A stretch of 64,000 nucleotides of DNA, taken from positions 187,664 through 251,663 of the IMG/VR virus record IMGVR_UViG_3300023174_002543, one strand, 5' to 3'. The number at the start of each line of letters is the position of its first letter. Positions within the stretch are counted from its first letter, which is position 1. Shown one piece after another: positions 19,160-30,024 of the stretch. This stretch comes from a virus. The notes under the pieces were generated by a model. The model made no database searches, was not told the origin of the DNA, and was given only the letters and a program-made list of their open reading frames with translations. Position numbers and translations under genes: made by a program.

Positions 19160-19855
19160 ATGATTTTTGGCTTTGATATAATTAGTGATTTAAACCTAAC
19201 AGAGAATGATATCTTTGATTGGGAAGGAAAGCCAACAAGTCTTTATTGTGTGCTTGCAGGTAACATATCTAGCGACCTGCACGTACTCTATAAAACTATC
19301 AAACATTTGAGTAAGTTATATCAAGGTGTTTTTTATATAGATGGTTTTATAGAAAATAGCCAAATAGAAGATAAAGACCGCGTTATAGATGAAATATCAA
19401 AAATATTCACTGGTATGAAAAATGCAGTATATCTACATAACAATGTAGTTGTAGTAGAGGGAGTAGCATTAGTAGGAGTGAATGGGTGGTACGGAAATCA
19501 AGCCACTACACAAGGAGACACACTCAATCTAAGAATGAATAGGTATGATGATTTGGCATACCTGCAAAAAACAATAGAGAAATTGCAACTTCATATAGAT
19601 GTAAAACAAATCGTAATAATTTCTAATAGTATACCTTCTATTGAATTGTATTTTGGTGAGAAACCTAATATAGATCCAGCTGAGATAAATCTAAATTATG
19701 TGTTAGATACTGATACTGAGAGTAAAATAACTACTTGGGTATTCGGAACACATAAAAAAATAGTTGACACCAAAATTAACGGTGTCAACTATTTTAATAA
19801 CCCTTGTCTTACTAAGATTCCTTATTACCCTAAAAGAATCAATATAGAAGTTTAA
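19160..19855 (+). CDS. Hypothetical protein
   Basis: ORF. Confidence 0.35.
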   Translation: MIFGFDIISDLNLTENDIFDWEGKPTSLYCVLAGNISSDLHVLYKTIKHLSKLYQGVFYIDGFIENSQIEDKDRVIDEISKIFTGMKNAVYLHNNVVVVEGVALVGVNGWYGNQATTQGDTLNLRMNRYDDLAYLQKTIEKLQLHIDVKQIVIISNSIPSIELYFGEKPNIDPAEINLNYVLDTDTESKITTWVFGTHKKIVDTKINGVNYFNNPCLTKIPYYPKRINIEV

Positions 19856-20163
19856 ACTTCGCTTTCAATTTTGACTTGTAAGGGGAAACCTTCTTGTCTT
19901 GCATCAAGTGTAACTTCAATTCCCTTTTGTTCTGCAATCTCGTATGGCAATACTGCAACTACAGCACTTCCTTGTTCATGTATACCTACTGTGATATTTT
20001 GTGCGGTATCACTGGTATAATTAAAGTGATCCACTAAACTACGTACTACAAAATCCATAGAAGTTAGTTCATCATTTAAATAGATAACCTTGAACATAGG
20101 GGGTTCTTGGATAGCTAGATTAGGCTTGATTTTAATTTTTGTATCTATATGTGTTGATGCCAT
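19852..20163 (-). CDS. clpS: ClpS adaptor protein
   Basis: Colinear with E. coli ClpS core (K.I.LND..T.M.FV...L...F.....A......H..G.AV). Confidence 0.75.
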   Translation of the reverse strand: MASTHIDTKIKIKPNLAIQEPPMFKVIYLNDELTSMDFVVRSLVDHFNYTSDTAQNITVGIHEQGSAVVAVLPYEIAEQKGIEVTLDARQEGFPLQVKIESEV

Positions 20164-20224
20164 TTTAAACCCTTAAAGTTAGTAGTGCATATTTCTATAC
20201 ACTACTTTTATTTACAATAAATGT

Positions 20225-20253
20225 ATTATACTATTTAGTGTAGTTTATTGCAA
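20225..20253 (-). promoter_or_regulatory. Promoter TTGCAA-N17-TATAAT upstream of clpS
   Basis: Read directly. Confidence 0.5.
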
Positions 20254-20698
20254 TACTCTTGGGTTTTTTGTCTTCCGGGACTAAACGTTCGCATGTAATA
20301 GTCAAAATACCGTTATTATGCTCGGCATTTTTAACTTCCATGTGTTCTCCTAAGATAAATTCACGTTGGAAGTTTCTATAACTAATACCACGGTGTAGAT
20401 ATTCTTTTGGTTTATCCAAATCCTGAATTTTGTTACCAGTGACAGTAAGCATACGATTTTCTATCTCAATAGAAATTTCCCCTTGAGTAAATCCTGCAAC
20501 TGCAATTTCAATTGCAAAATTGTCCTCAGAGATTTGTACCACATTGTACGGTGGGTAATTATTATTTGTTTGTGTTGCATTCATACGCATCAATTCGTCT
20601 AACATAGAATCAAATCCTATGCCAAATCTATGAATTGCAGGTATGTCTAATGAACGTAATGATAATGTGTTTGTCATGTTTTTCTCCTTATTAAGCAA
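20231..20698 (-). CDS. Small heat-shock protein Hsp20/IbpA family (alpha-crystallin domain)
   Basis: Size and ACD pattern (GISYRNFQREF..). Confidence 0.7.
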   Translation of the reverse strand: MLNKEKNMTNTLSLRSLDIPAIHRFGIGFDSMLDELMRMNATQTNNNYPPYNVVQISEDNFAIEIAVAGFTQGEISIEIENRMLTVTGNKIQDLDKPKEYLHRGISYRNFQREFILGEHMEVKNAEHNNGILTITCERLVPEDKKPKSIAINYTK

Positions 20699-20708
20699 GT
20701 ATATGACA

Positions 20709-20760
20709 AGCGGGCCTCGAAAGCGCCCGCTATCTTTATAGAATCTTATTTAGATTCTTT
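20709..20760 (-). terminator. Two tandem hairpins (AGCGGGC..GCCCGCT and AGAATCT-TATTT-AGATTCT) immediately after dnaK stop
   Basis: Inverted repeats read directly. Confidence 0.4.
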
Positions 20761-22677
20761 TACCTCTGCATCAACCACTGTTGACTCATCAACGGGTTTT
20801 GCAGTTTCTTCTGTAGTAGCAGTTGGATTTGCTGCCTCTTCAGCCTTCTTCTTGGCTTCTTCTTCCTCATACTTAAACTTAGTAATTGGACCGATAGCCT
20901 CGTATAACTTAGGAATACTATCTTGGATTGCTTTAGGATCATCACCTTCCATAGCAGTTTCAACAGCCTTAATAGCTTCGTCTGCTTTGTTGCGTTCTTC
21001 TTCGGTGACCTTATCCTTATAAGCCTCAAAGTCTTTCTTAAAGCCAAACAATGTACCTTCAGCACTATTACGTGCTTGTACTAATTCAACATGTTTCTTA
21101 TCGGCTTCAGCATTCAACTCACCATCTTTAACCATTTGTTGAATTTCTGCTTCACTTAATCCTGAATTAGCCTTGATAGTGATTTTGTTCTCTTTACCAG
21201 TACCTTTGTCCTTAGCGGACACTTTGAGAATACCGTTAGCATCAATATCTAATGTAACTTCAATCTGTGGTTGACCACGTGGTGCTGGTGGAATGTCACC
21301 CAAACTAAACTCACCCAATACTTTATTATATTGGAATAGTTCACGTTCACCTTGACCTACTTTAATAGTAACTGCCGGCTGATTGTCATCCGCAGTACTA
21401 AAAGTTTGTGAATGTTTAGTTGGGATAGTTGTATTCTTGTTAATCAATTTAGTGAATACACCACCGACTGTTTCGATACCAAGACTCAATGGAGTAACGT
21501 CAAGTAATAGAACGTCACTACGGCCACCACTCAATACATCACCCTGAATAGCAGCACCTGCGGCAACTGCTTCGTCTGGGTTAACATCTTTGCGTGGTGC
21601 CTTGCCGAATAATGATTCAACAACTTCTTGCACCTTAGGCATACGTGTCATACCGCCAACTAAGATAACTTCATCAATGTCACCTGCACTAACATTAGCA
21701 TCTTGCATAGCCTGACGACATGGAGCCAAACTACGTTGGATTAACTCGTCAACCAATTGTTCTAATTTAGAACGTGATAGTTTAACGTTCATGTGCTTAG
21801 GACCATTTGCATCGGCTGTAATATATGGCAAGTTAACATCTGTTTGTGCTGAACTTGATAATTCAATCTTAGCCTTTTCTGCGGCTTCTTTTAGTCGTTG
21901 TAGTGCCAACACATCTTTACTTAAATCAACTCCGTTGTCTTTCTTAAACTCATCAATTAAGAAATCCATAATACGTTGGTCAAAGTCTTCACCACCTAAG
22001 AATGTATCACCGTTCGTAGACAATACTTCGATTTGTTTGTCACCGTCAACATCTGCTAATTCAATGATAGATACGTCAAATGTACCACCACCTAAGTCAT
22101 AGACTGCAATTTTACGGTCACGTTTTTCTTGTTTATCAACACCATATGCTAGTGCGGCCGCTGTTGGCTCGTTAATAATACGCAATACTTCTAAGCCTGC
22201 AATTTTACCTGCATCCTTAGTTGCTTGACGTTGACTATCGTTAAAGTAAGCAGGAACTGTAATAACTGCTTGGGTTACATCATGTCCAAGATAGTCTTCG
22301 GCAGTCTTTTTCATCTTGCGTAGTACTTCGGCACTAATTTGCGGGGGTGCTAACTTTTCATCATTAACTTGTACCCATGCATCACCGTTATCGTTCTGTA
22401 CGATTTTGTATGGCATTAGGTCAATATCTTTTTGCACAGCCTGTTCATTAAACTTACGTCCAATTAAACGTTTGCTTGCATAGATTGTGTTCTTTGGATT
22501 TGTAACTGCTTGGCGTTTGGCGCTTGCACCAACCAAGATTTCATCGTTTGCGTAGGCAACGATTGAGGGTGTAGTTCTAGCACCTTCTGAATTTTCAATT
22601 ACTTTGGGGATTCCGTTTTCGATAACGGCTACGCATGAATTTGTGGTACCCAAATCGATACCGATGACTTTGCTCAT
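20746..22677 (-). CDS. dnaK: Hsp70 chaperone DnaK
   Basis: [25 protein letters not shown], full-length 643 aa. Confidence 0.9.
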   Translation of the reverse strand: MSKVIGIDLGTTNSCVAVIENGIPKVIENSEGARTTPSIVAYANDEILVGASAKRQAVTNPKNTIYASKRLIGRKFNEQAVQKDIDLMPYKIVQNDNGDAWVQVNDEKLAPPQISAEVLRKMKKTAEDYLGHDVTQAVITVPAYFNDSQRQATKDAGKIAGLEVLRIINEPTAAALAYGVDKQEKRDRKIAVYDLGGGTFDVSIIELADVDGDKQIEVLSTNGDTFLGGEDFDQRIMDFLIDEFKKDNGVDLSKDVLALQRLKEAAEKAKIELSSSAQTDVNLPYITADANGPKHMNVKLSRSKLEQLVDELIQRSLAPCRQAMQDANVSAGDIDEVILVGGMTRMPKVQEVVESLFGKAPRKDVNPDEAVAAGAAIQGDVLSGGRSDVLLLDVTPLSLGIETVGGVFTKLINKNTTIPTKHSQTFSTADDNQPAVTIKVGQGERELFQYNKVLGEFSLGDIPPAPRGQPQIEVTLDIDANGILKVSAKDKGTGKENKITIKANSGLSEAEIQQMVKDGELNAEADKKHVELVQARNSAEGTLFGFKKDFEAYKDKVTEEERNKADEAIKAVETAMEGDDPKAIQDSIPKLYEAIGPITKFKYEEEEAKKKAEEAANPTATTEETAKPVDESTVVDAEVKESK

Positions 22678-22783
22678 TTTTTTCTCCTTTAAAAAGCAAG
22701 ATGTTTATATAGACCTGACTATCAGCGTCCATATGTATTTATATATTTTACATTGTTGCGTAAAATATTTGTATATTATTGGG

Positions 22784-23002
22784 TTAATATTGTTTAGGGG
22801 GAAGTGTTTGGTCACGCAAATACTTTTTCCAACGACTCTTTGCTTTACTCTTATCTATCTTACGCTTAGTAGTGGGTTTTACAAATTCTTGTCTATCACG
22901 GATTTCTTGGATTAATCCTGACTCTAAGATTTTTTTTTTGAATTTACGTAATGCTTTTTCAACATTTCCGTCTGGTCCTACTATTACTTTTCTTCCTGGC
23001 AT
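22784..23002 (-). CDS. rpsU: Ribosomal protein bS21
   Basis: MPxxKV....ALR.FK......G...E.R.R..F.KPT..RK motif, 72 aa. Confidence 0.8.
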   Translation of the reverse strand: MPGRKVIVGPDGNVEKALRKFKKKILESGLIQEIRDRQEFVKPTTKRKIDKSKAKSRWKKYLRDQTLPPKQY

Positions 23003-24192
23003 ATGATTGGTGTTGGTTTAATAATCTGCTCCCTACTTATATTTATCTTTTTAACATTAAACTTACGATATTCACGTGTCCGATACATATGGCACATTAA
23101 TGCTTTTTCAATTTCAGTGTGCAAGCCCCTAGCACCGGTCTTTAGTGCTAGTGTATTTTCTGCTAATTGATCCAATGCATCTTCTGTAAAGGTCAAATCA
23201 ATTTCATCTAATTTAAGCAAATATTGATATTGACTGATATAGTTGTTTTTCACATCTGTAAGAATATGTATTAATTGTTCTTTAGTGAGGTTTTTTACAC
23301 TAATAGTGGTTGTAAAACGACCTACAAATTCCGGAATTAATCCAAACTTAGTCAAGTCATCAGGGGTGACTTCTGACAAATCACCTTCTATTTTACTATC
23401 TTTAATGTCTGCGGCAAATCCAATACTAGTACCATTGGTGCGTTTTGCTATAATTTCTTTTAATCCTACAAATGCACCACCTGCAATGAATAATATATTT
23501 TTAGTATCAATCTCAACCATGTCTGAACCAGGGTGTTTACGTCCACCTTGATTAGGTACACGACAAACTGTACCCTCAACTAACTTAAGCAATGCTTGCT
23601 GTACGCCCTCACCTGACACATCACGGGTAATGCTAGTACTTTCACTTTTACGGGCAATTTTGTCAATTTCATCAATGAATACGATACCCTTTTCAGCTAA
23701 AGATTTGTCTCCTCCAGCCGCGTTAAGCAACATACTAATCATTGATTCAACATCATCACCTACATATCCGGCTTCGGTTAAACTAGTAGCATCGGCAACA
23801 ACAAACGGAACCTTTAAATACTTGGCGGCAGTTTTAGCCAATAGTGTTTTACCACTACCAGTTGGACCAACTAACAATACATTGCCTTTTTGAATTTCTA
23901 AGTCTTTGGGAGGACGACTAATACGCTTATAATGATTAGTGATTGCGACACTTAACACTATTTTAGCACTATCTTGACCCACAATATGTTGGTCCAAATA
24001 TTCTTTAATACTTTCAGGATCATATTGGGGTTCTTCTTGTGGACCTGAGGTTTCATCAACTATTAATTCTTGGCAAAGTTCAACACAATCGCTACAGATT
24101 GCTACACTTTCACCTACGATTAATTTTTTGACTGTTTCTTTACTAGTACCACAAAAACTACAATGAGTGAGTTGTTTATTTTCTTCTGTCAT
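22984..24192 (-). CDS. clpX: ClpX ATP-dependent unfoldase (N-terminal C4 zinc-binding domain CSFCG..CSDC; Walker A GPTGSGKT)
   Basis: ZBD + AAA+ motifs. Confidence 0.85.
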   Translation of the reverse strand: MTEENKQLTHCSFCGTSKETVKKLIVGESVAICSDCVELCQELIVDETSGPQEEPQYDPESIKEYLDQHIVGQDSAKIVLSVAITNHYKRISRPPKDLEIQKGNVLLVGPTGSGKTLLAKTAAKYLKVPFVVADATSLTEAGYVGDDVESMISMLLNAAGGDKSLAEKGIVFIDEIDKIARKSESTSITRDVSGEGVQQALLKLVEGTVCRVPNQGGRKHPGSDMVEIDTKNILFIAGGAFVGLKEIIAKRTNGTSIGFAADIKDSKIEGDLSEVTPDDLTKFGLIPEFVGRFTTTISVKNLTKEQLIHILTDVKNNYISQYQYLLKLDEIDLTFTEDALDQLAENTLALKTGARGLHTEIEKALMCHMYRTREYRKFNVKKINISREQIIKPTPIICQEEK

Positions 24193-24228
24193 TATAATAC
24201 TTATCTAAGTACAAATACTTGATAGAAT

Positions 24229-25200
24229 TTATACTTTACCTAAGCATACATTTCTGTTAGAAGTCATATATACGTTAACATGATCCATGCGTTTTAGGTC
24301 ATTGAATGTTTTACTATCCTTAGGAATAGTATATGCGGCATTAACAGTAAAAGGATCAATCATACCAATTGCACTAAAATTAGGGTAATCACCGCAACCA
24401 CGAATGATAGAATTACCATTTACATCTACTACTTCAACTACGGAGAACATGGTGATGAATATAGACTCAAATGTTTTCTTGTAAATTTTTTCATCATTGA
24501 TAAACAATTCAAGTTTTTCATCAAATGCACTAAATGATGATTTAGGTTTACGCCATATTGAAATTTTTCTATATGTAGATTTACCATCATCACTTACTCT
24601 GTTTAAATTTTCAACCAATGAATCTACCCATTTTGGATTCCAAGTAACAACGGCAGATATCTCAATAATCATATCTCGGTCATTGTTTAATTTAATTTTA
24701 GTGGATGTTACATTAGAATTGAATGCACTTTTCGGGTATCCATTGAGAAGATTACCTATTAATTTTTCCGCATCGTCACGTTCTTTACTATAAGAATCAT
24801 ATTGTGCATATATCCTAGACGAATCTAATACACCTTTTTTATTACCGGTACTTAAAATTACATCAGCAATTTGACTGTTCTTAACTTTAACATCCATAGT
24901 AATACTATAACCCAAACTAGTGTGTGATTGGTCAATGAGTTTGAAATCATCGACATAACCACTGCTATGTTTTAGAATTTGGTCACGTACTAGTACGTTA
25001 TTGGTTGCTTGTTTTTCAGTTATTACTATCGCACCAACAGCCATTTCAACTGCTAATTGAAATCCATTACGTCTAGCCTCTTCTACTGTTTTACCAGTAC
25101 CGAGCACTCGTACATAACCATTTTCTACTTTGGCTTCTTTAGAAGGTGTGCTTGCACAGGCCGAAAGTATCAGCACTAGCACTATGGCTAGATATTTCAT
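24229..25200 (-). CDS. Lipoprotein (lipobox LSAC), LPP20-like N-terminal domain
   Basis: Signal peptide + Cys. Confidence 0.45.
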   Translation of the reverse strand: MKYLAIVLVLILSACASTPSKEAKVENGYVRVLGTGKTVEEARRNGFQLAVEMAVGAIVITEKQATNNVLVRDQILKHSSGYVDDFKLIDQSHTSLGYSITMDVKVKNSQIADVILSTGNKKGVLDSSRIYAQYDSYSKERDDAEKLIGNLLNGYPKSAFNSNVTSTKIKLNNDRDMIIEISAVVTWNPKWVDSLVENLNRVSDDGKSTYRKISIWRKPKSSFSAFDEKLELFINDEKIYKKTFESIFITMFSVVEVVDVNGNSIIRGCGDYPNFSAIGMIDPFTVNAAYTIPKDSKTFNDLKRMDHVNVYMTSNRNVCLGKV

Positions 25201-25823
25201 TTCATTCTATTGGCAAGTTGATTACGAACGGCTTCGCTATCCAAATCCCAACGAATGGTAACTGCTACTTCTTGAGGACCAATTACTTCTTCTTTGATTT
25301 TTATAAAACCTTTAAGTATTGCACTTGAGTTTGTTTTGATTGTTTCAGTTAATTGAACAACCGTATCGTTTTGGTTCTCACGCAAACTAGTATTTGCGGC
25401 TTCTTTATCAGTCATTTCAACTGTTGAACCATCTGCATTACCGGATTTAACAACATCTTTTGCTTTTTCAATGTTCTTGGCAATAGTAGTGTTAACACGG
25501 TTAGTACTAATTTCTTTATTTAAGAATTCACTTACATTGCTATTCGCCCTCATTTCGGCAATAGTCAACGCATTTTTACGGTTGCTAGTTGTAGCACCGA
25601 ATGTTGGTGCAGTACCGGTTGACTCAATGGCAACAATCTTACAATTACTACCTAAACCAAACCATTCACATTTGGTTTCAACTTTGATTTTTTCACTTAC
25701 AAAGTTGGTAGACAATTTTTGACTTGTGATGGGTCCGGAACTATTAGCACCGTCTACCGACTTCATACTAGAACATGCAGACAAAAGTACTACAATTGCT
25801 ACTGCTGAAAGTTTGAGTTTCAT
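25197..25823 (-). CDS. Lipoprotein (lipobox LSAC)
   Basis: Signal peptide + Cys; ATGA overlap with downstream gene. Confidence 0.45.
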   Translation of the reverse strand: MKLKLSAVAIVVLLSACSSMKSVDGANSSGPITSQKLSTNFVSEKIKVETKCEWFGLGSNCKIVAIESTGTAPTFGATTSNRKNALTIAEMRANSNVSEFLNKEISTNRVNTTIAKNIEKAKDVVKSGNADGSTVEMTDKEAANTSLRENQNDTVVQLTETIKTNSSAILKGFIKIKEEVIGPQEVAVTIRWDLDSEAVRNQLANRMK

Positions 25824-25853
25824 AAAAACCTCTCTGAGTTAAACTATGAACAT

Positions 25854-25882
25854 AGTATAACATTATTCGGAATTATTGTCAA
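25854..25882 (-). promoter_or_regulatory. Promoter TTGACA-N17-TATACT
   Basis: Read directly. Confidence 0.5.
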
Positions 25883-25886
25883 CCTT

Positions 25887-27686
25887 TTAGATGGTATTTT
25901 TGTCTTCTTTTATGTATTGGGCAATTGCGTCTTGTTCAGCAGGAGTCAAATGATCCGGATCATATTCTCCGCTAGCAATTTTCTCAATTAAATGTTGGAT
26001 ATAACCATCTTCAGATAGATGACTATCAGTATTTTCACGGTTTACTTCTATCCATTTTCTACCGTTAAATTTAAAAATTCTATGCGGAATAACATCAATA
26101 CGGGTAAACATATCACCTAAAGCTGGTACTTTGGGAAAATTATCACCGAATGTAACGTTTGGTTCAGTAGGATCATCAACTTTTAATTTTAAATCATTGA
26201 CAAGATGTAAGTCGGGGCGCAAATCAGAGAGAACACTTTTATGCATTCTTTTCCCACCGTATACTATGTAATCGCCGGGACTGTCTTTTAGTAGATTACT
26301 TAACTCAATGTCTTCTTCTTTTGGAGCTTCAAAAGCAGGTCCTGTTTGTACCCATTCGCCTGTTGTTAAATCTTTAAAGCCTTCAAAGTTAGGTGTATCA
26401 TCCTTTTTAACTTCTGGTTCCTCTATTTGCTCACGTATAGTCATAGTGTGTTGCTTTAAGAAACCTACAGATACTGAATCATCCTCTTTAGTTGTAATAA
26501 CTGGGTCTGTATAATCTGGTTCGTGATCCTCTTCTACAAACTTGTATTCAATATCAATTGCAGGTGTTTTAGACGTAACAGGTTCTTCTACCTTTTCTTC
26601 AACTACAGGAATGTTGTCAGCAGGATTTGAGTTAGTGACTACCAGTTGAATAGGTTCAGAACCATCAAAGGGCCCATCTAATACATCACACTCTTTATTT
26701 GGACAGAATAATCCAATGCCAGGTGCCTTAACAAGAGGAGTATTGCAAATATGGCAATTAATTGGATCATCTAATTCTTTAACTACATCTTCATCTATCG
26801 GAAATAATTCGTCTTTGTTAGTAAGTTCACCTGTTGGTAAATCTTCTTTGGCACGTTCACGTAATGCCGCTAGTGCTTCCTCATTAATTGGACCGTCATC
26901 TTGTTCGTATTTGTGTTTGTCTTCTTTTTCTTCTTTAAGCCAACCAAATGTCATTTGAGCCGCTAATAGCATAACAATTGCTAACGGGTCAAACACAATA
27001 ACAATAAGAATAATAACCCAAGTTACTGCACGTTCTAACACATTAGTATCAGGGTTGTCACCATAGACAAATGCCGCTATGTACTTGATTGGCCCTACTT
27101 CTGCTTCAACCTTACGAACCTCGGCTGCGATGGGTGCCCTTTCTTCGCTAAGGGCGGCAACAGTTTTCTGTTCGGTCGCAATCTCAGATTGAAGGCGGAC
27201 ACGTTCTTTTTGCTGTGCTCTTCGGATTTGAACAGCTTTCTCGGCACCTTTTTCATCATTGCTTCGACCCATAACTTGGTCCACAGCCTCATCCATTTGT
27301 TTAAGCGCCTTCCGGTTCGCATCTATGTTGTCCTTTGCTGTTTTGATTTTTTCGTCATATACTGCAATCTTACTTTGTACATCACCACTTACTAATGTTT
27401 GGTCACTATGTGCTTTGCTTAAAAAACCAAAAATACCTAAACTAGTAATAACCATTAAAATAACAACGGCAATAATAGCATATGACTTCATTAAAAATGG
27501 AGCTTGTGTCCATCGTGCTTTTACCCAACTTGCAATAACAAGTTTACCTACCTCAAGACTGATACCCATAACCATGATAGGTATTGCCGCGGCAGAGAAT
27601 ATCGCAACCAAACCTGCGACAGAATAATAAATGGCAACCGCTGAAATAGTTAAGCCGGAAAGTAGGAGTAATATAGCTAGGATCAT
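25887..27686 (-). CDS. Membrane protein (3-4 TM helices), long coiled coil, C4 zinc ribbon (CHICNT..CPNKEC), large C-terminal domain
   Basis: Hydrophobic segments and Cys pairs. Confidence 0.4.
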   Translation of the reverse strand: MILAILLLLSGLTISAVAIYYSVAGLVAIFSAAAIPIMVMGISLEVGKLVIASWVKARWTQAPFLMKSYAIIAVVILMVITSLGIFGFLSKAHSDQTLVSGDVQSKIAVYDEKIKTAKDNIDANRKALKQMDEAVDQVMGRSNDEKGAEKAVQIRRAQQKERVRLQSEIATEQKTVAALSEERAPIAAEVRKVEAEVGPIKYIAAFVYGDNPDTNVLERAVTWVIILIVIVFDPLAIVMLLAAQMTFGWLKEEKEDKHKYEQDDGPINEEALAALRERAKEDLPTGELTNKDELFPIDEDVVKELDDPINCHICNTPLVKAPGIGLFCPNKECDVLDGPFDGSEPIQLVVTNSNPADNIPVVEEKVEEPVTSKTPAIDIEYKFVEEDHEPDYTDPVITTKEDDSVSVGFLKQHTMTIREQIEEPEVKKDDTPNFEGFKDLTTGEWVQTGPAFEAPKEEDIELSNLLKDSPGDYIVYGGKRMHKSVLSDLRPDLHLVNDLKLKVDDPTEPNVTFGDNFPKVPALGDMFTRIDVIPHRIFKFNGRKWIEVNRENTDSHLSEDGYIQHLIEKIASGEYDPDHLTPAEQDAIAQYIKEDKNTI

Positions 27687-27697
27687 AGTGTATATAT

Positions 27698-27910
27698 TTA
27701 GTCTTTAAATAAATGTCCGAATGTATTGTTAAACTCGTCTAGTTGCATAACTAGTTTTCTAGGTAAACTAGCATTCATTGAAATAAAATAATGAACCCAT
27801 AATCCATCTTCTCTTTCTTTAAGTTGGATTATCTCAATCATTGCCCCGTCTTCAAACGAAAACTTCTTACCTATTAAATCTAAATAATCATCCATTGTTA
27901 ACATCTTCAA
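27698..27910 (-). CDS. Hypothetical protein
   Basis: ORF. Confidence 0.3.
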   Translation of the reverse strand: MKMLTMDDYLDLIGKKFSFEDGAMIEIIQLKEREDGLWVHYFISMNASLPRKLVMQLDEFNNTFGHLFKD

Positions 27911-28736
27911 CTAATGAACCACATTCTGGACAAGTATCCTCACCATCATCGTTAGATTTTGTGTCGGTCCAATCACCGGTCCATTTACACTCTGTACACT
28001 TCATGGGAACTACATCACTTGTCGCTACTAATTCATCAAACTCACGTTTCAATTCTTCTAATGCGTTTTCTAATTCTGTTTCATCGACCGGTTCTTCCTC
28101 ACGACTATCCATCATTACCCAACCTTCATGGCAATCAGGACAATGATATTGCCCACTCAATTCAGGCAAGTCACTTTCTTTATGCATAGCACCACAACTA
28201 AAACAAGGAACTTCTTCCTCAGCGTCTTTGGCTTCTTTGGCCCATCGTGCGGAACGTTCATCAGATTCTTTTTTATCTTTGATGCCTGCTTCGGTTAACT
28301 CAGTGTCACTATCACACATTGGGCAAACTTTCTTTGGTTCATCAAGGTCTTTGCCATCACTGTCTTGCCATTGCCAATCAGCATCATAATTCTGACCAAC
28401 CCATTTACATTTAGTACACTTGTGTGTTGGTTCGGGTGGAGAAGGTTCGTGATGGTAACTATCTTCATCACCATATTCGTAAGTAACCTCATACCCGCCT
28501 TTACGGTCAGTCCAACAATCATCATATTGGAATTCCCAATCTATTTCAATATCATTTTCCCAGGCTTCATTGATGATATCCTCAATATCAGCTTCACCAT
28601 TTTCAAGTTGCTCTAACAAACTAGCAATTTCATCTTCATCCATATCAGGATAAATTTCACTCAATATATCTTCATCAAGTTCATAAGTATATTGGCGGTC
28701 TGTGCTATGCCATTCATGTTTTACGATAGTTACCAT
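27888..28736 (-). CDS. Highly acidic protein with six CxxC pairs (three predicted zinc ribbons)
   Basis: CTKCKW, CPMCDS, CFSCGA, CPDCHEGW, CTECKW, CPECGS. Confidence 0.4.
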   Translation of the reverse strand: MVTIVKHEWHSTDRQYTYELDEDILSEIYPDMDEDEIASLLEQLENGEADIEDIINEAWENDIEIDWEFQYDDCWTDRKGGYEVTYEYGDEDSYHHEPSPPEPTHKCTKCKWVGQNYDADWQWQDSDGKDLDEPKKVCPMCDSDTELTEAGIKDKKESDERSARWAKEAKDAEEEVPCFSCGAMHKESDLPELSGQYHCPDCHEGWVMMDSREEEPVDETELENALEELKREFDELVATSDVVPMKCTECKWTGDWTDTKSNDDGEDTCPECGSLVEDVNNG

Positions 28737-28761
28737 TTGTAATCCTTAAAAGTTTAACTTA

Positions 28762-29376
28762 TTATATGCTACTATTTAAATCTTGTACAGACAATCGGGA
28801 AAGAATTTCTTCTTGGGTATCCAAATCTTCTGGCTTAGTATGTAAGTCACATGCCGTATACAACCATCCAACACCCCTGCGTCTTCCTGGATTCCCGCAA
28901 TTTTCACATGTCCTACTTGAAAATCCCTCAGCCATACTTACCAAGCCTCTAATGTAGTCATCACCACCATTATAATAAAACCTCAATGTACCAAACTTTT
29001 CTTTAATTTGACTTGCAACTACTTGGTGTGGTGCTTCCGGAACTTGTCTTGGTTGATTTCTTTTAATTTCAAACTCTACGTTCTCATAAGTCTTTTCGTT
29101 TGGGCTATCTCCATAAGTAAAATATTTGACTAACCCAGATTTATCACCCTTCAGTGCCTTAGCCAGCAAACGATTATATTTTAATGCACGGACACGTTGA
29201 TTACGTTTCCAATCAATATGATGTTGTATCTGATTACACAATAAATCTAATATGTTGTACCATCCTGTGCCACATTCAAAACCCCAACACATTGCGGTTT
29301 CTTGCATAGGTTTATATCTATCTCTAAAAATTTTAGGATACTTTTTAACTAAGTCATCATCTAGTTTAGAATTCAT
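28762..29376 (-). CDS. Hypothetical protein with C-terminal zinc ribbon (CENCGNPGRRRG)
   Basis: ORF. Confidence 0.35.
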   Translation of the reverse strand: MNSKLDDDLVKKYPKIFRDRYKPMQETAMCWGFECGTGWYNILDLLCNQIQHHIDWKRNQRVRALKYNRLLAKALKGDKSGLVKYFTYGDSPNEKTYENVEFEIKRNQPRQVPEAPHQVVASQIKEKFGTLRFYYNGGDDYIRGLVSMAEGFSSRTCENCGNPGRRRGVGWLYTACDLHTKPEDLDTQEEILSRLSVQDLNSSI

Positions 29377-29636
29377 TGGTTCTTCCTTCTTTTAACCTCA
29401 TGTATTACGCGCCTTACATGGTCTACTATTTTGTTGTAATCTTCGGATCCTTCTACAGGCCAAGTTTTTTCTCTGAAATATTCACCCTCTGCGATAACTC
29501 CGATAAATGCCATAATCACACACATGAAAATCATCATTGGTTGTGTATACACTATACCAAAAAATATACCTACTGTACTAACCGTATACAGTAGGTAAAA
29601 TCCATATTGTATGAATTTATCTTTTTTATCCTTCAT
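29373..29636 (-). CDS. Small membrane protein
   Basis: ORF. Confidence 0.3.
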   Translation of the reverse strand: MKDKKDKFIQYGFYLLYTVSTVGIFFGIVYTQPMMIFMCVIMAFIGVIAEGEYFREKTWPVEGSEDYNKIVDHVRRVIHEVKRRKNQ

Positions 29637-29830
29637 ACCTTATCTCTTGGTAGGCACTGATAACTTCGGTTAGCATTGATTGATTGTTTCATACGAACAA
29701 CCATACATTCTTTTTTAGTATTAAAATAATCAACCACGTCATATTCAACTTTAGCAATACCATTTATATTAGTCATAAAAATTGCAACTAATACCCACTC
29801 ATTCATACAACACGTCCTAATCCTAACCAA
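29633..29830 (-). CDS. Hypothetical small protein
   Basis: ORF. Confidence 0.25.
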   Translation of the reverse strand: MVRIRTCCMNEWVLVAIFMTNINGIAKVEYDVVDYFNTKKECMVVRMKQSINANRSYQCLPRDKV

Positions 29831-30024
29831 ATTAACTGCTCAAGTTCAGTTTGATAGTCCTGTCCAATCCTACGTTTTTGATAAATGGACTCTAGTATTT
29901 CTTTACCATCTCCATAGTCCGTGACTCCCGATCCACGTGACTCCAATTCTTCAATCAAATCATCGGTATCAAAGTCACCCAAGTCAACGTCAACTTCTAC
30001 TTCTGTGTAAATTGTTTTATACAT
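29803..30024 (-). CDS. Hypothetical small acidic protein
   Basis: ORF. Confidence 0.25.
   Translation of the reverse strand: MYKTIYTEVEVDVDLGDFDTDDLIEELESRGSGVTDYGDGKEILESIYQKRRIGQDYQTELEQLIWLGLGRVV

Noticed and set aside
22678-22800. Searched upstream of dnaK (and clpP/hsp20) for CIRCE or sigma32-type heat-shock promoter elements
   Set aside because: No TTAGCACTC-N9-GAGTGCTAA and no CTTGAA-N13-15-CCCCAT-like pair found; only AT-rich sequence with weak -10-like hexamers.
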